Virus record (IMG/VR): IMGVR_UViG_3300027792_000011
Source of the DNA: a virus
Reading direction: 5' to 3' (one strand)
Length of the DNA: 64,000 nt
Positions 37,185 through 48,400 of the stretch are shown one piece after another. Each line of letters opens with the position of its first letter. Position 1 is the first letter of the stretch. The notes under the pieces were generated by a model. The model saw nothing but the letters and a program-made list of their open reading frames with translations. It made no database searches and had not been told where the DNA came from. Both the position numbers and the translations under genes were made by a program.

Positions 37185-40100
37185 TCGTGAGCTATTCTAG
37201 TGATGAGAGGGACGCAGCGGTCTCTGGGTTGGTGCAAGGTACTCTATCCTTCCCTGTTGATCGCCTTGGTGTCAGAGATCAGCCAGCTCCATTTGAAGAA
37301 GTTAGGGAGCTGACCAACTCTGCATTCTTGTATGATCCAGACGCCGTCTTCTACATCATCAATCAAGCGGCTAAGGCGCTCGGCAATACAGTTCAGGCAG
37401 AGGTGACAATCTGTACTGACCTGTTGAACGCCGTAGATGATCTAGCCATGCCGTACAAGCCAATCAATGATGTGTCTTCTCTATCTGACGCGGCCACCTC
37501 GCTCAGTGTCATGCAGGGAGCACTCGAGCGGAAAGGTGTAATAGGTCCGTCTGAGTACGGTAGGTACAACGCTGCGATAGGAAGAGCGGCGGAAGACATA
37601 GGTAGGACTGCTAGGATGACCTATGTCCCTCGAGGTAGCACTCAGGTTGTGAAGGATGTGGTGCGAAGCAGTTCAGAGGCCAAGAACGAAGTGCTATCTC
37701 TGTTTCAGAGTCTAAAGAGTGAACATGAGAATCTGATAGAGCGTATAGGCTACATACTGTCCTCCTACGATCAATTCCTATCTGCGAACATTGCAGGAGC
37801 TGTGGGCCAACGTCAGCTGTCTAGGGCTTGTTCAGAAATGAGACAGCTGCACTCAGATTTGAATGTGCTGACACCATCACAACGAACAGCGACGGCTAGA
37901 AGATCATTGCTGCAGGTGCTGGCAAACAGGAGCGTCGTACGAGCGTTGAGAGATAGAGTACTACCTGGAGCTGCTCGAGTATCTCAAGAGTCTGGAGCTC
38001 CAGCGCAGTACAGACTCTCTCCGTACGGTATAGGGACTCCAGCTAGAGTTGGTGGAGAGATCAGTGCACCTTGGGCTATCCAGGGTAGTCATAGCGACCG
38101 CCTTCGTGGAAACTACAATGGCACAGTTGTAGATGTAGATCTTGTGGATGGCACACTATCAGGCATAAGCGGTGTGCAGCAGGCTATCGTATATGGATTT
38201 GCCGAGGGTAATTTCGCAATTCATGGAGACATTGCCACACCATATGATCTCTATTCCAATGTTGAACCGTTCAATGTTCCGGCAGATCCGTCAGGCAAGG
38301 GAGTCTTCCAGGTTGTAGTAGACGGAGTGTTCTACGAGTGCCAGCTAACAGCTGGTGCAGGAAGAACAGCGGCTCAAATTAGATCTGATCTTACAACACC
38401 GGGAAACTGGCTATCACCAGGTGTACCTCCTTTGAGCTTTCCCGCTGCCGGTGCGGTGGTCAAGATCGTGTATAACAATCCAACACCACCAGTGTCCTAC
38501 TCGGAGCGAGAAGTTGAAGTAGTGAACGGATACCTAGCCGTATCTACTCCACCAAATAGCATGTGGCCGTGGGTTGTTGACGATCCTAGCGGTCCAGTTA
38601 CCGAAGATCGTTCATTTGGATGGAATGCCAACAACGAGCTGTGGATACATCCAAACGACTACGACGACTTCATTACGAATCCGATCGTTGTAACACTACC
38701 GGACGGATCCTTTCCTGACTTCTTGATCACACCGGCACAGGTAAAAGCGGCAATTGATGCCGCTGCTACAGTTTCCTCTGAAGAGTTTGAGGGAATTGTA
38801 AATGGATCCAGAATTGCCGTAGCCTCTACCTGGCAACGAGTAGTGAACGGAACTACTGTGGATGGCGGAGAAGGATCGATCATCACGATTAGGAGCGCTG
38901 GCATTCGTGATCTATCCGATCCTACTGGGCGTAGTGGTTACGGCACGCCCAGTTTTCTGGGTATTCGCACTCTTGGGTTTTCTGATGGGCAGTACTCACG
39001 CGAATCAGATGTGAGCGGTCAGGCTGTTATAAAAGCTCTCAATCAGAGTACCAGCTTTGCTGCTCAAGTCAGGTCTTCACTGATCAAGCAGTCCTACTTT
39101 GAAAGTACCGAAGGTATTTGGAGCGCAAGCGGCTCACTACGTAAGCTCCAGAGTTCTGATCCAACTACTGGGTGGCCCGTAGCATCCAAGTTGAAAGTGG
39201 CGATAAAAGCTGGAGAGAATAGAGGTATCTACGGACTGGTCTCCTACACCTGGACCAACATGGGAGGATCTGACTACCTTGTACTCATCCTAGATCGTAG
39301 AATGCGATCAGAAGAGCCAACGATCAGTCAGCACTTTGAGGTCTATTCAGAGTTCATTCAGCTTGAATCACTGGTGGATACAACAGCGAGTAAGATTGAT
39401 CTAGAAGATCCAGTTACAATACCGCCTACTACAGCTCGTAAAGTATTGGGGCTATCCCAGTCTCCCTATTACGGATCCGTAAACGAGATGTTCATAGAAT
39501 GGAATGACCCAGAAACTGGGTGGAAGCCATTCAATGCTCACTCGCGAAAGATCAAAGTGGGGGACAAAGTACGAAGCAACGGAGTAGAGATTACAACAGT
39601 CTCCTCCGTATCCGACGTAGAAAGCGGACTAATCAGAGTTGATCCAGAAGTGTCAGATCCTGTTTCCTACTCAGCGTTCTCCATAGAGTCAGCGGACTAT
39701 TTGGCGTATCAAGAGTTCATCGATAGCCTTGAGACCTGGTGGGCAGCGTTTCCATACAAGGAGAATCTAGACTCTCTGGATCGGCTAATCAATACTGTTC
39801 TACGTAGCCAGCCGAATAATGATCGCGTGAGTTCAGTCTACAATGCTGTCAGCGATCTACGCAATGAACTCACCGGGGTGGATTCAGTAGACGAATTGAT
39901 CCAGTCATTTTCGGTCAGAGAAGTTCCTGCCGCTAGCTCAGCTACAAGAGCGCTTGCTGATAGAGGACTAGATCGAGCACGAGAGCTTCTTCTGCAAGGA
40001 CGCTTCGAGGAATTCTTTGGAACCACGTCTCGTACTGCTTCTCATGGTGGTGCTTTCTTGGATGCCGCTACAACGGCTGTGGTTCAGGATTTGAACGAGA

Positions 40101-40270
40101 ACAATGCAGCTAGAGCACGCTTCAGTGCTGTATACAAAAGAAGGGCCGGAGATTGGACTGAAGATGTTGATCCTTCAACCAACTTCACGGATACAGAAGA
40201 GGATCTTCCAGAGGATGTTCTCGAGGAGTACTGGCCTGGTGTAGACGAGGAAGTGCAAAGTGAGCACTGA
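37181..40270 (+). CDS. Large virion/baseplate-associated protein
   Basis: 1029 aa; synteny. Confidence 0.6.
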   Translation: MIVSYSSDERDAAVSGLVQGTLSFPVDRLGVRDQPAPFEEVRELTNSAFLYDPDAVFYIINQAAKALGNTVQAEVTICTDLLNAVDDLAMPYKPINDVSSLSDAATSLSVMQGALERKGVIGPSEYGRYNAAIGRAAEDIGRTARMTYVPRGSTQVVKDVVRSSSEAKNEVLSLFQSLKSEHENLIERIGYILSSYDQFLSANIAGAVGQRQLSRACSEMRQLHSDLNVLTPSQRTATARRSLLQVLANRSVVRALRDRVLPGAARVSQESGAPAQYRLSPYGIGTPARVGGEISAPWAIQGSHSDRLRGNYNGTVVDVDLVDGTLSGISGVQQAIVYGFAEGNFAIHGDIATPYDLYSNVEPFNVPADPSGKGVFQVVVDGVFYECQLTAGAGRTAAQIRSDLTTPGNWLSPGVPPLSFPAAGAVVKIVYNNPTPPVSYSEREVEVVNGYLAVSTPPNSMWPWVVDDPSGPVTEDRSFGWNANNELWIHPNDYDDFITNPIVVTLPDGSFPDFLITPAQVKAAIDAAATVSSEEFEGIVNGSRIAVASTWQRVVNGTTVDGGEGSIITIRSAGIRDLSDPTGRSGYGTPSFLGIRTLGFSDGQYSRESDVSGQAVIKALNQSTSFAAQVRSSLIKQSYFESTEGIWSASGSLRKLQSSDPTTGWPVASKLKVAIKAGENRGIYGLVSYTWTNMGGSDYLVLILDRRMRSEEPTISQHFEVYSEFIQLESLVDTTASKIDLEDPVTIPPTTARKVLGLSQSPYYGSVNEMFIEWNDPETGWKPFNAHSRKIKVGDKVRSNGVEITTVSSVSDVESGLIRVDPEVSDPVSYSAFSIESADYLAYQEFIDSLETWWAAFPYKENLDSLDRLINTVLRSQPNNDRVSSVYNAVSDLRNELTGVDSVDELIQSFSVREVPAASSATRALADRGLDRARELLLQGRFEEFFGTTSRTASHGGAFLDAATTAVVQDLNENNAARARFSAVYKRRAGDWTEDVDPSTNFTDTEEDLPEDVLEEYWPGVDEEVQSEH

Positions 40271-40595
40271 TCGCGAACAGAGAGATCAAACTGCTGTAGA
40301 TCAAATACGAAAAGCTTTGGCAGAAGGCTTTGCTTACGTACGTGGAGCGGAAGTACGTGGTGGTATTGCCACTCTCACGTTCGATGAGATGCTTGCTCGT
40401 TCCATTCAAGAGATCGACACTGATGAAACGGATATCCGTATATCGAAGCTTTCCGCTGTTCGAGCGGTGAGACAGGGTGTCCGCGATGCTGTAGAACAGA
40501 CAAGACGCATGCCTCCTGAGATGTTTGCGCTGAATAATGCCAGTGAAGCGACAAACACGAATGAGGATGGCAGCGAACCTGATTTGGAGGCATAG
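40260..40595 (+). CDS. Hypothetical protein
   Basis: Operon packing. Confidence 0.6.
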   Translation: MSTDREQRDQTAVDQIRKALAEGFAYVRGAEVRGGIATLTFDEMLARSIQEIDTDETDIRISKLSAVRAVRQGVRDAVEQTRRMPPEMFALNNASEATNTNEDGSEPDLEA

Positions 40596-40597
40596 CA

Positions 40598-41251
40598 GTG
40601 GTTGATCTTCAAGTCATAGAGATGAGGGACATCCTAAGAGTAACTGGAGTCACCTTCGTCCCAAACTTTTCGCCATCAACTCTCATTGTTCATGGAAAAG
40701 ATCTAAACGAGGCCTATGAGGTCTACATCAATGAGCGTAAGTCTCCCAGTGTTGTAATATCCAGTAGTGAAATACTATTGGCACAGGTTCCTGAAACAGA
40801 AGACGGAGCTCCTATAAGATCTATCGTAGTCATAAGCTCGAAGCTACGTAAGATCGAGAGGAGCAAGATCATGTTCCGCTTCGGGGATAGTCCCAAGTCT
40901 GTGGACGGTTTTGAGCGGCTGATCCAAACATTCTTGAAGATTATGCTCCAGTCTACGAATACTGATATCTTCTCTCCCAAACTGGGTGGCAATCTTCTTT
41001 CTGCTGTTGGCAAGTTGATAGGTGATCCATCTACTCAGAGTCTAACCACTGATTTTGCCCTGTCTGTCACTAGGGCTAGGCAGCAAATCATGGCTCTACA
41101 GGTTGGAGACCCTACTTTGAATCTCAACGAACGACTGGCTTTTGCGAAGGTGCTAGAGGTGAAGTTCGTGCCAAATGAGCTTGCCTTGTTGGGTAGAATA
41201 CACCTAGGCAATCAAGCTGGCCGTCAATCTGATGTTGGTGTGGGGTTGTAA
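40598..41251 (+). CDS. Baseplate wedge gp25-like (sheath initiator) with N-terminal IPT-like domain
   Basis: DGFERLIQ.FLKIML...DIFSPKLGG.L; precedes the baseplate J-like gene. Confidence 0.6.
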   Translation: MVDLQVIEMRDILRVTGVTFVPNFSPSTLIVHGKDLNEAYEVYINERKSPSVVISSSEILLAQVPETEDGAPIRSIVVISSKLRKIERSKIMFRFGDSPKSVDGFERLIQTFLKIMLQSTNTDIFSPKLGGNLLSAVGKLIGDPSTQSLTTDFALSVTRARQQIMALQVGDPTLNLNERLAFAKVLEVKFVPNELALLGRIHLGNQAGRQSDVGVGL

Positions 41252-41253
41252 TC

Positions 41254-44200
41254 ATGGCGATCACTGATTGGAGACTGTTCATCCAGGAGCGACTGCGGGC
41301 TTATCAGTCGGATATCAACCTCAACACAGGATCACCAGCGACCGTTCAAGTTGTCGATCCCATAGTCAATAGGTTGTCTCCTGATCCTATAGAAACCAAG
41401 CTGCTTACTTTCATCATGACTAGGTTGCAGCAAGAGCATCCGATGCTCTATGCCAGAGAAGGATCCACGATTATGGATCTTCTCGTGAAGCCCAATCTAG
41501 TTCTGATCGAGCCTGTGCGCCGTGAGATAAACAGCGTAAAAAGTCAGCTAACGCTGCTGTACCCAGAGCTTCTTAGTGCTGATGAGGCGGATGCTCTGAT
41601 AGCTAACTTCTTCATCACGAGGAAGCTGGGAGACTACGCAAGGGTAAAGGTGCGTCTGTACTTCCAGAACCCGGTGTCGGTGAACATCGGAACGGCAAAC
41701 GTAGCATTCACAGCTCGAGGATTGCGATTTCTACCAACGAGAGCGCAAAGCATTACAGCTGAGGGAATGCTGACCAACTGGGATGGCAACCTCTACTACT
41801 TTGACGTGAACTACGTTGCTGAACGAGCAGGCACCTCATACAACATCGCTGCCAGTGAGGTCATAGGTGTTACTGGAATATCAGCAGCAACGAGGGCTAC
41901 CAATCTTGCCAAAGCGAATCCGGGAAGTGACGAAGAGACCACGAACCAATTTGTTTCTCGTGCAGAGAGATCACTTGGAGAGAGGTCGCTCACTACAGTT
42001 CCAGGAATAGTTTATCAGCTATTTGATCAATTCCCGGCCTTGACCATTCTTCAGATCATAGGCTTCAACGATCCGGAGATGCAGCGTGATGTGATCACTG
42101 GAGGAAATCTCGGCTCAGTAGTCGTGTTTGGGAATACGGGTGTCACAGTAAATGATGGAGATGCCGACGGCTACACGTGGATTTTCTCCGATCCGGCAGC
42201 CAGCTTCACCACTCAGTTTGGTCCTGTAGGCACAGATATCTCTGGATATACACTGACTGCCTGGTACATCGATGGTGCGTTGTTGACTCCACATGATATC
42301 AAGTTGAGTCAAGTGCTGGGCGCCAGTCAAGTAAGCATTGATCCAGATCTGAGTGGAACAAGTAGACTTCCAGATGCACTGACTAATGTGATCTGGACCA
42401 TTAGGGAAAGAGCGACGCTGACACTTTCTGGAATACCAGGTGGAATACTGTTCACATCATCTACTGGCGGGGAGGTCAGTGTTCCGGACGGAGTTGTCCA
42501 CGTTGGCGGTTGCACTGATTTCTACGTTCGTGGTGGTGACATTGTAGACGGCTCTCTGTCCGTAGAACTTGTGTCCGATCAGGATGTGCTAGCTAGAAGG
42601 GAAGACGCACATACTACCAACGGATCATCTACTGTGGTACTAAACGATCTAACTGCGGCAGAATTTGCTTCAGTAATTGAGGGGGACTCTTCGCTCTACC
42701 TAGAGGAAGGATCTGATCAGGGATCGTACAGGATCATAGAGAAGGTATCCGGCGGTCCTCCCTACTCAGTACGTCTACGCGATGAGATGACAGCCAACGC
42801 TACTAATGTTTCCTACACGATAGTAGACGACATCGACATTGATCTACTTGATCCGAAAGACACTAGGTATGAAGGATCTGATCTGAGAACTATCGCTGGC
42901 TCTCCAATCATCGATACGGTCAGTGGTACTCCGGACTTTGTAGATGTTGGCGTCACTGATGAGGACATCGTAGAGATCCTCAATGGGTCTGACGTCGGTG
43001 AGCATACCATCGCTTCTGGTGGCGTAGCAGCTGGCCAGATAACTCTCAGTTCGGATATGACTGTCACTGAATCGCCACTTCAGTACAGGATCTTTCATCG
43101 TAAGAGCGGTATCTCTTTGCCACTGCTGCGTGTCAAATCCGTTGAAAGATTGGATAGTGGTCTAGAACCTACTGGGGAGATGATCCCATTCCGACATCCT
43201 GTGGACATCCAATCGCGGAGCTTCCAGAACCCAGGGCGTGAGGCCACAGTAGGAACCTATATCGATGTAACTGAAGGATCATACTTCAGGGCGTCTTCTG
43301 GATCAAAGATTTTGACTGCTATTGATCTAGCTGGAGGCGCTACTGGTTTCGACTTCTGGACACTTGGTGTTCGTCCTGGTGATCTAGTGAACATAAACAG
43401 CACGGACAATCAGGGTTACTACACCGTAGAGCTAGTTGGCGTACCTGGAGGACTAAGTGCCGATCAGATTCAGGTTACCACTGCTATGCGATGGAGTACC
43501 GTTGCCGGACAGGATATGATCTATGAGATTGGTGGGCCATCTTACGGCTCTTTCCGTCTCTACTTCCTTGATCCAGTAACATTCGAGGTAAGCTACTCCA
43601 ATACCATATTCTCTGTTACGGTTGATGGCGTATCTAGAAGGTTCAGACCTGATCCAGAAATTCACGCACAGTACCTTCCCACAGACGTTACGATACCAAC
43701 AGTCTTGATGACGGCGACATCGGATGATGTGAGTCCATATACGGTGGGTGGAGCGGATACAATTGATCTACGAATACACCAGATCGATGTCGGAGATCTA
43801 GCTGAAATCTCGTACGCTCCGATCATTGGCTCTGCTGATCTATCAGCTGGTGCCATAAATCTAGACGGCAAGCGTATCAAAATAGATGTCGGTTACGGAA
43901 CTGAAACGATCTACTTCTCTGGAACCTCTTTGGGAGCTGACGAGATCGTTGCTCAGATGAATGCGCAGCTGTCGCGTGAGGTAGCAGCCAAGTACAATGC
44001 TCCAGCTCCAGCAACGACAATTCATGCGATGCTGAGAGCGGACATTCCGATCTCGCTCATTTCAGATGGAGCTCTAGCTGATGCTACACAGCTCGTGTTC
44101 GGTGTCTCACGAGCTACGTGGCATCCGTGGCTGGCTGGATCCTTTGTGAGTAACACTACGCAGAATGATGCTCCCGACAAGGGTCTCTATCTCGTTCAGT

Positions 44201-45042
44201 CGATCGGGTCGTATCCACCAGGATCAATACAGTTGATGAACACTGATGGTAGTGCCTGGACTGCTACCTACACGATCCACGAAAGTAGGGGTCCATACCT
44301 CAGGATCAGCCACAACGGTATGCAGCGTATCAGCTCCACTGCCATGTCAACTCAAAAGGATGATCTTGGCTTCTACTACTTTGACGTAGAGTGTGTCAGT
44401 GAGGGGTTTGGTACTCCGTGGAATATCAATGCCGATCTTCAAGCAACTGTTGAAGATTATAGATCGGAAGGATGGGAGATTTCTGTAGAAGACGAAAACC
44501 TATCTTACTCGATGGCTGAGCATCCGTGGCTGCACATAAGCCCCAGAATACTGGTTGCTGGTAACGAGGACGACGAGGCGAATAAGATCGAACTGACAGG
44601 AAATAACATTCAGGTAGTGTATGAGCGAGATACTCTTGTGCAGGATATCAACAGCTACGTTACAGACACACAGACCCGAGTCATCTGTCAGAGTCCTCTC
44701 GCTAAGTCACTCTTCCCCAAGTTCGTCAGAACAGCAATCATATATCGAGGAGGTGGGCAGGTTCGTGATGTGCGAGCCTCCATCGCAGCTCACATCGAGT
44801 CTGTGCTCCCAGAACAGCTGCTCGAAGTGTCAGACATCTCCAAGATCATCACCGATACTGGAGCGTCGTACGTTCGTTCTCCGATAACTCTGGTCGGCAT
44901 AGGACACAACGCTGACAGGTCAATCTCGGTTGAGCGTGGAGTAGACACGATATCATCTGGACGATTGTCAGCTCTGCTACCAGACGACGATGAGACAACA
45001 GCAGACGGGGCGAGCTATATAGGACTGACCAGGATCATTTAG
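41254..45042 (+). CDS. Baseplate wedge protein (baseplate J / gp6-like)
   Basis: ANFFITRK.G, AERAGTSYNI, GSDEETT.....RA...L motifs. Confidence 0.75.
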   Translation: MAITDWRLFIQERLRAYQSDINLNTGSPATVQVVDPIVNRLSPDPIETKLLTFIMTRLQQEHPMLYAREGSTIMDLLVKPNLVLIEPVRREINSVKSQLTLLYPELLSADEADALIANFFITRKLGDYARVKVRLYFQNPVSVNIGTANVAFTARGLRFLPTRAQSITAEGMLTNWDGNLYYFDVNYVAERAGTSYNIAASEVIGVTGISAATRATNLAKANPGSDEETTNQFVSRAERSLGERSLTTVPGIVYQLFDQFPALTILQIIGFNDPEMQRDVITGGNLGSVVVFGNTGVTVNDGDADGYTWIFSDPAASFTTQFGPVGTDISGYTLTAWYIDGALLTPHDIKLSQVLGASQVSIDPDLSGTSRLPDALTNVIWTIRERATLTLSGIPGGILFTSSTGGEVSVPDGVVHVGGCTDFYVRGGDIVDGSLSVELVSDQDVLARREDAHTTNGSSTVVLNDLTAAEFASVIEGDSSLYLEEGSDQGSYRIIEKVSGGPPYSVRLRDEMTANATNVSYTIVDDIDIDLLDPKDTRYEGSDLRTIAGSPIIDTVSGTPDFVDVGVTDEDIVEILNGSDVGEHTIASGGVAAGQITLSSDMTVTESPLQYRIFHRKSGISLPLLRVKSVERLDSGLEPTGEMIPFRHPVDIQSRSFQNPGREATVGTYIDVTEGSYFRASSGSKILTAIDLAGGATGFDFWTLGVRPGDLVNINSTDNQGYYTVELVGVPGGLSADQIQVTTAMRWSTVAGQDMIYEIGGPSYGSFRLYFLDPVTFEVSYSNTIFSVTVDGVSRRFRPDPEIHAQYLPTDVTIPTVLMTATSDDVSPYTVGGADTIDLRIHQIDVGDLAEISYAPIIGSADLSAGAINLDGKRIKIDVGYGTETIYFSGTSLGADEIVAQMNAQLSREVAAKYNAPAPATTIHAMLRADIPISLISDGALADATQLVFGVSRATWHPWLAGSFVSNTTQNDAPDKGLYLVQSIGSYPPGSIQLMNTDGSAWTATYTIHESRGPYLRISHNGMQRISSTAMSTQKDDLGFYYFDVECVSEGFGTPWNINADLQATVEDYRSEGWEISVEDENLSYSMAEHPWLHISPRILVAGNEDDEANKIELTGNNIQVVYERDTLVQDINSYVTDTQTRVICQSPLAKSLFPKFVRTAIIYRGGGQVRDVRASIAAHIESVLPEQLLEVSDISKIITDTGASYVRSPITLVGIGHNADRSISVERGVDTISSGRLSALLPDDDETTADGASYIGLTRII

Positions 45043-45370
45043 TTGATAGTATGGGAATCCTGGGGCGTACTTGGGCCAGGTTTCCCATCTCCAGGAGCAG
45101 ACCCGAGAATGGATCAAATAGGCAGCTACAATCTGCGCATCGACACAGGAATTTGGGGATTGGACGAGAACTTCGTGATGTCACGCTTCCATCCTCAAGT
45201 ACCTCGATGTCATTTTCCAGGTTGCGCTCCTTGATGGTGACTCCTCCGCAGCGGGGGCAAGAGGCGTCGTTGTATATTTGTTGATCAGCTTCTACTAGAG
45301 GAGTAAGAAGATCTACTTCTTGATCAACAATGGCTTTGAGTAGCTTTTGGTCCATCTCTTGAAACATCAA
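45035..45370 (-). CDS. Zinc-ribbon protein
   Basis: CPRCGG...CADC; TATACT upstream. Confidence 0.65.
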   Translation of the reverse strand: MMFQEMDQKLLKAIVDQEVDLLTPLVEADQQIYNDASCPRCGGVTIKERNLENDIEVLEDGSVTSRSSRPIPKFLCRCADCSCLFDPFSGLLLEMGNLAQVRPRIPILSTK

Positions 45371-45408
45371 GGTCTAGTATACTTGGGGGAAGGTTTGGGT
45401 AATAGAGT

Positions 45409-48400
45409 ATGACAACACCACCACTCGCTGTGTACGGACTTTTCACCTATGGTGGTTCGTTCTACGGGTATCTCAGTGGATTTCCTGTATCGGACGACTT
45501 CAGAGTCTACGACTTCTGTTACCCAGTAGAAGCGGTCATGGGGTTGCTGTTTGCATACCCAGAAGTGACAGCTGCTCGCTTCGGCCTGCCATGGAATTGG
45601 TTCGATCCATCTTTTTCCTTTTGTATGTTCAGCGACGATGGAGCGGATTCTGGATTCCGTATTGATCTATCTGTGCCACAGCCCTACTACACAATCCAGT
45701 TCTCGGTAGAGCCTATCAGTCTGCCACAAGACTTCTCTAACCTGGCGAGCAGCAGAGTCTTCATAGGTGTCTTCAACCAGTTCGGAAAAATGGGTGGCCT
45801 CCTTATTTCCGAGAATGAGGGCATTGCCCTGGCACAGAGCGGTACTGGTCCGTACGTTACGCTTCCAGATTCGGCAGACATTTTTGCTGAGGGAGATGAC
45901 TACTACGTCTTCCGTTTCACGATCAACGAGGCAACTGGCAAAGGAAATCTTTACGTCACAGCCAAGGCAGTTCTGCTAGCTACAGGAGTACATCAGCTTC
46001 GCTACACGTTCTCCCTGCTAGACTGCCTGGCCGGCGAGACAGACAACTTCCGAGTAGAAGTTCGCGGAACAGTAGCTGATCCATCTGAGATTCATCTCGG
46101 GTGTATCAGGATGGATGATCGGGAAAAGATTCCAAATCAGCGTCCAGTAGCTGTACCTGGACCAGATCAAGCTGAGTTGATAGGCGGATACGCCTCCTTC
46201 GATGGGAGGAGTAGTTACGATCCAGAAGGTCAGCCTTTGAAGTTCTGGTGGAGCGTTGTTGAGGCTCCAGATGGAACAGCATACAGACTCAGAGTTGTCG
46301 GCTCTACTCCTACTGATCCTACTGGCCATACGAATGTAGTGCTCTGTCCTGCTGGCCCACCTGCAGAGCCGTTCTCTGGGATCCTTGAGGGTGACATCTT
46401 TGTAAATGAGGATGGATTCTCTCAGATCATGTATGTTGATCCTGGTGGTGATTACTTCGTTCTTACAGATGACATCCTCACAGCAAGTACGTCCATTGAA
46501 GGCTACGTTGCAAAGCAGTCTATTTGGGGTGGCGCTAGACTACCAACCGTTGTGCAAGATGTTCTGGATGTTCTAGACATTCCACCACCATTGCCAACTG
46601 ATGGAGACACCTATCTAGTGGGCACTGCTCCAATTGGTCTATGGATCGGTAGGGCTGGGTACTTGGCTGCGTGGAGCAGTTCGGGTGGCGTATGGCTATT
46701 CACGCTTCCGTCCTTTGACAGTGTTGTGTACATCATTGCGAGGTTTGAATGCTATCGCCATGCAGGTGCCGGCCTCTGGTACGAATCGGCGCCAAAGGGT
46801 TGGGAGCTCGATTACTGGGAGGGTAGGACTGCACCAATTGGTGTGGTACTTGTGGACGCTCTCCGTCTGTACGTGATCAATCTGCTTGTCAATGATGGCG
46901 AGATAGACAGCCTTCCAGCAGAAGTGCTCCTCAATTCCTATGAGACCAGTGTCATGTACGGTCTCACTCCCGATCTGAGCTTCGTATGGGGATTCATATC
47001 TGACTTCTGGAAGCTTGTCGATGGACGTGAGAAAGCCGAAACAATTTGGTCTGGGCTGGCACAGGTCTACTCTGATCTGCTCATGAGACTCTGGCAGTAT
47101 GACTACTCCAAGAGCATCATGGACATTCAGAGGCTCTTCCAGGTTCGTTGGATCGACTACAGTCTGGTGTACGAGGAGTCCAACTACGAGGAGCTCCCGG
47201 CTACTATCGAGAGTGCTATTGATAGCTCGAGCTATTCAATCGTTCCTGGAGTAGTAGGTCGATCCTATGACCTAGGAGTAACTGTAGCGAACGTTTCAGA
47301 TCAGCATTACCTGGTGCTGGATGGCATTCCATACAAGATCATACGTGTTGAACAGGGAGCTACTACGACCGTCACAACCTCTGTGGCCATGCCCTATGAT
47401 GACGTGCTAGGTGTGGAGACCGTACCACCAGGTTCTCCCGATGATGGGGATTCATACATGGTCGGTATCGGTGCTGGTGGGGCGTGGTTGGCACTAGATG
47501 GACAGATTGCCACGTGGGATGATGGGAGTAGCTCATGGGAGATCAGTGCTTCTACTCGTCCTAAAGCATGGATGATTAGAGCCAGCGTAACCTCGAGGTT
47601 CAGTAACTTCTCCGACCTAAGAGTGTCTTCAGGGGATACAGCGACCTTCGAGGTAAGACTCTCTGACAGTGTGACGTACGTCGAGTGCTACATCTATGCC
47701 GTTCGTGGTGGTGTGCTAGTATTCGATCAAACAAATATTGCAAGCTATCTCGCTGACGACTCATACACGGTAAGGTTCAAGAGTGTCCTTCGTAGACACC
47801 AGATGCAGGTAGATAGCCTTGTAAAGGCAGTGCCGAGGCTGCAGGAAACGATAGCGATAAACAGAGTCTCAGGTGCCGCAGCCCCCTATCTGGAGAACAG
47901 AGACTACAGGATTGAGGAGATCACAACGATCGAGAACAACGAGGTCAACACGATCCAGTTCTACAATCTGTGGTATCCCTCTGTCCTGCGCGGCTTTGCC
48001 GGGTTCACTACTGCCCCAGATCATAACTACTTCTATGACAACACTGTCGACTTCGAGACAGCGTTCGGCGTAGACGCGGATCTCAGTGAGTACGTAATTG
48101 AGATCGAGGGTGGGAGCATCCATCGTCTTAGTTCTGTGGTCAGTGCCACTCAGGTAGAGCTATTTGACCCAGAGCTCGAGCTCGGTCTATCAGGAAAAAA
48201 GTGGTGGATACGTCAGTGTTACCTTCCACCAGCTACCTTGTGGGCAGAGATCACCTTCCTAAACAACAATCCGTTGATCGAAGCCAACTTTGGTTATCTA
48301 GTCGGCTTTGGGCTAGATCACCTTGCTGCTCGAACGGATAACCTGGATTACCTATCTGCTACTCAAGGACTCTGGTACTTCAAGTGGCACGGAAGGACAC

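Noticed and set aside
14436-40818. Other TATAAG hexamers (near 14438, 26656 and 40813)
   Set aside because: They lie inside coding regions and lack the YGK prefix and TGAGG; likely chance
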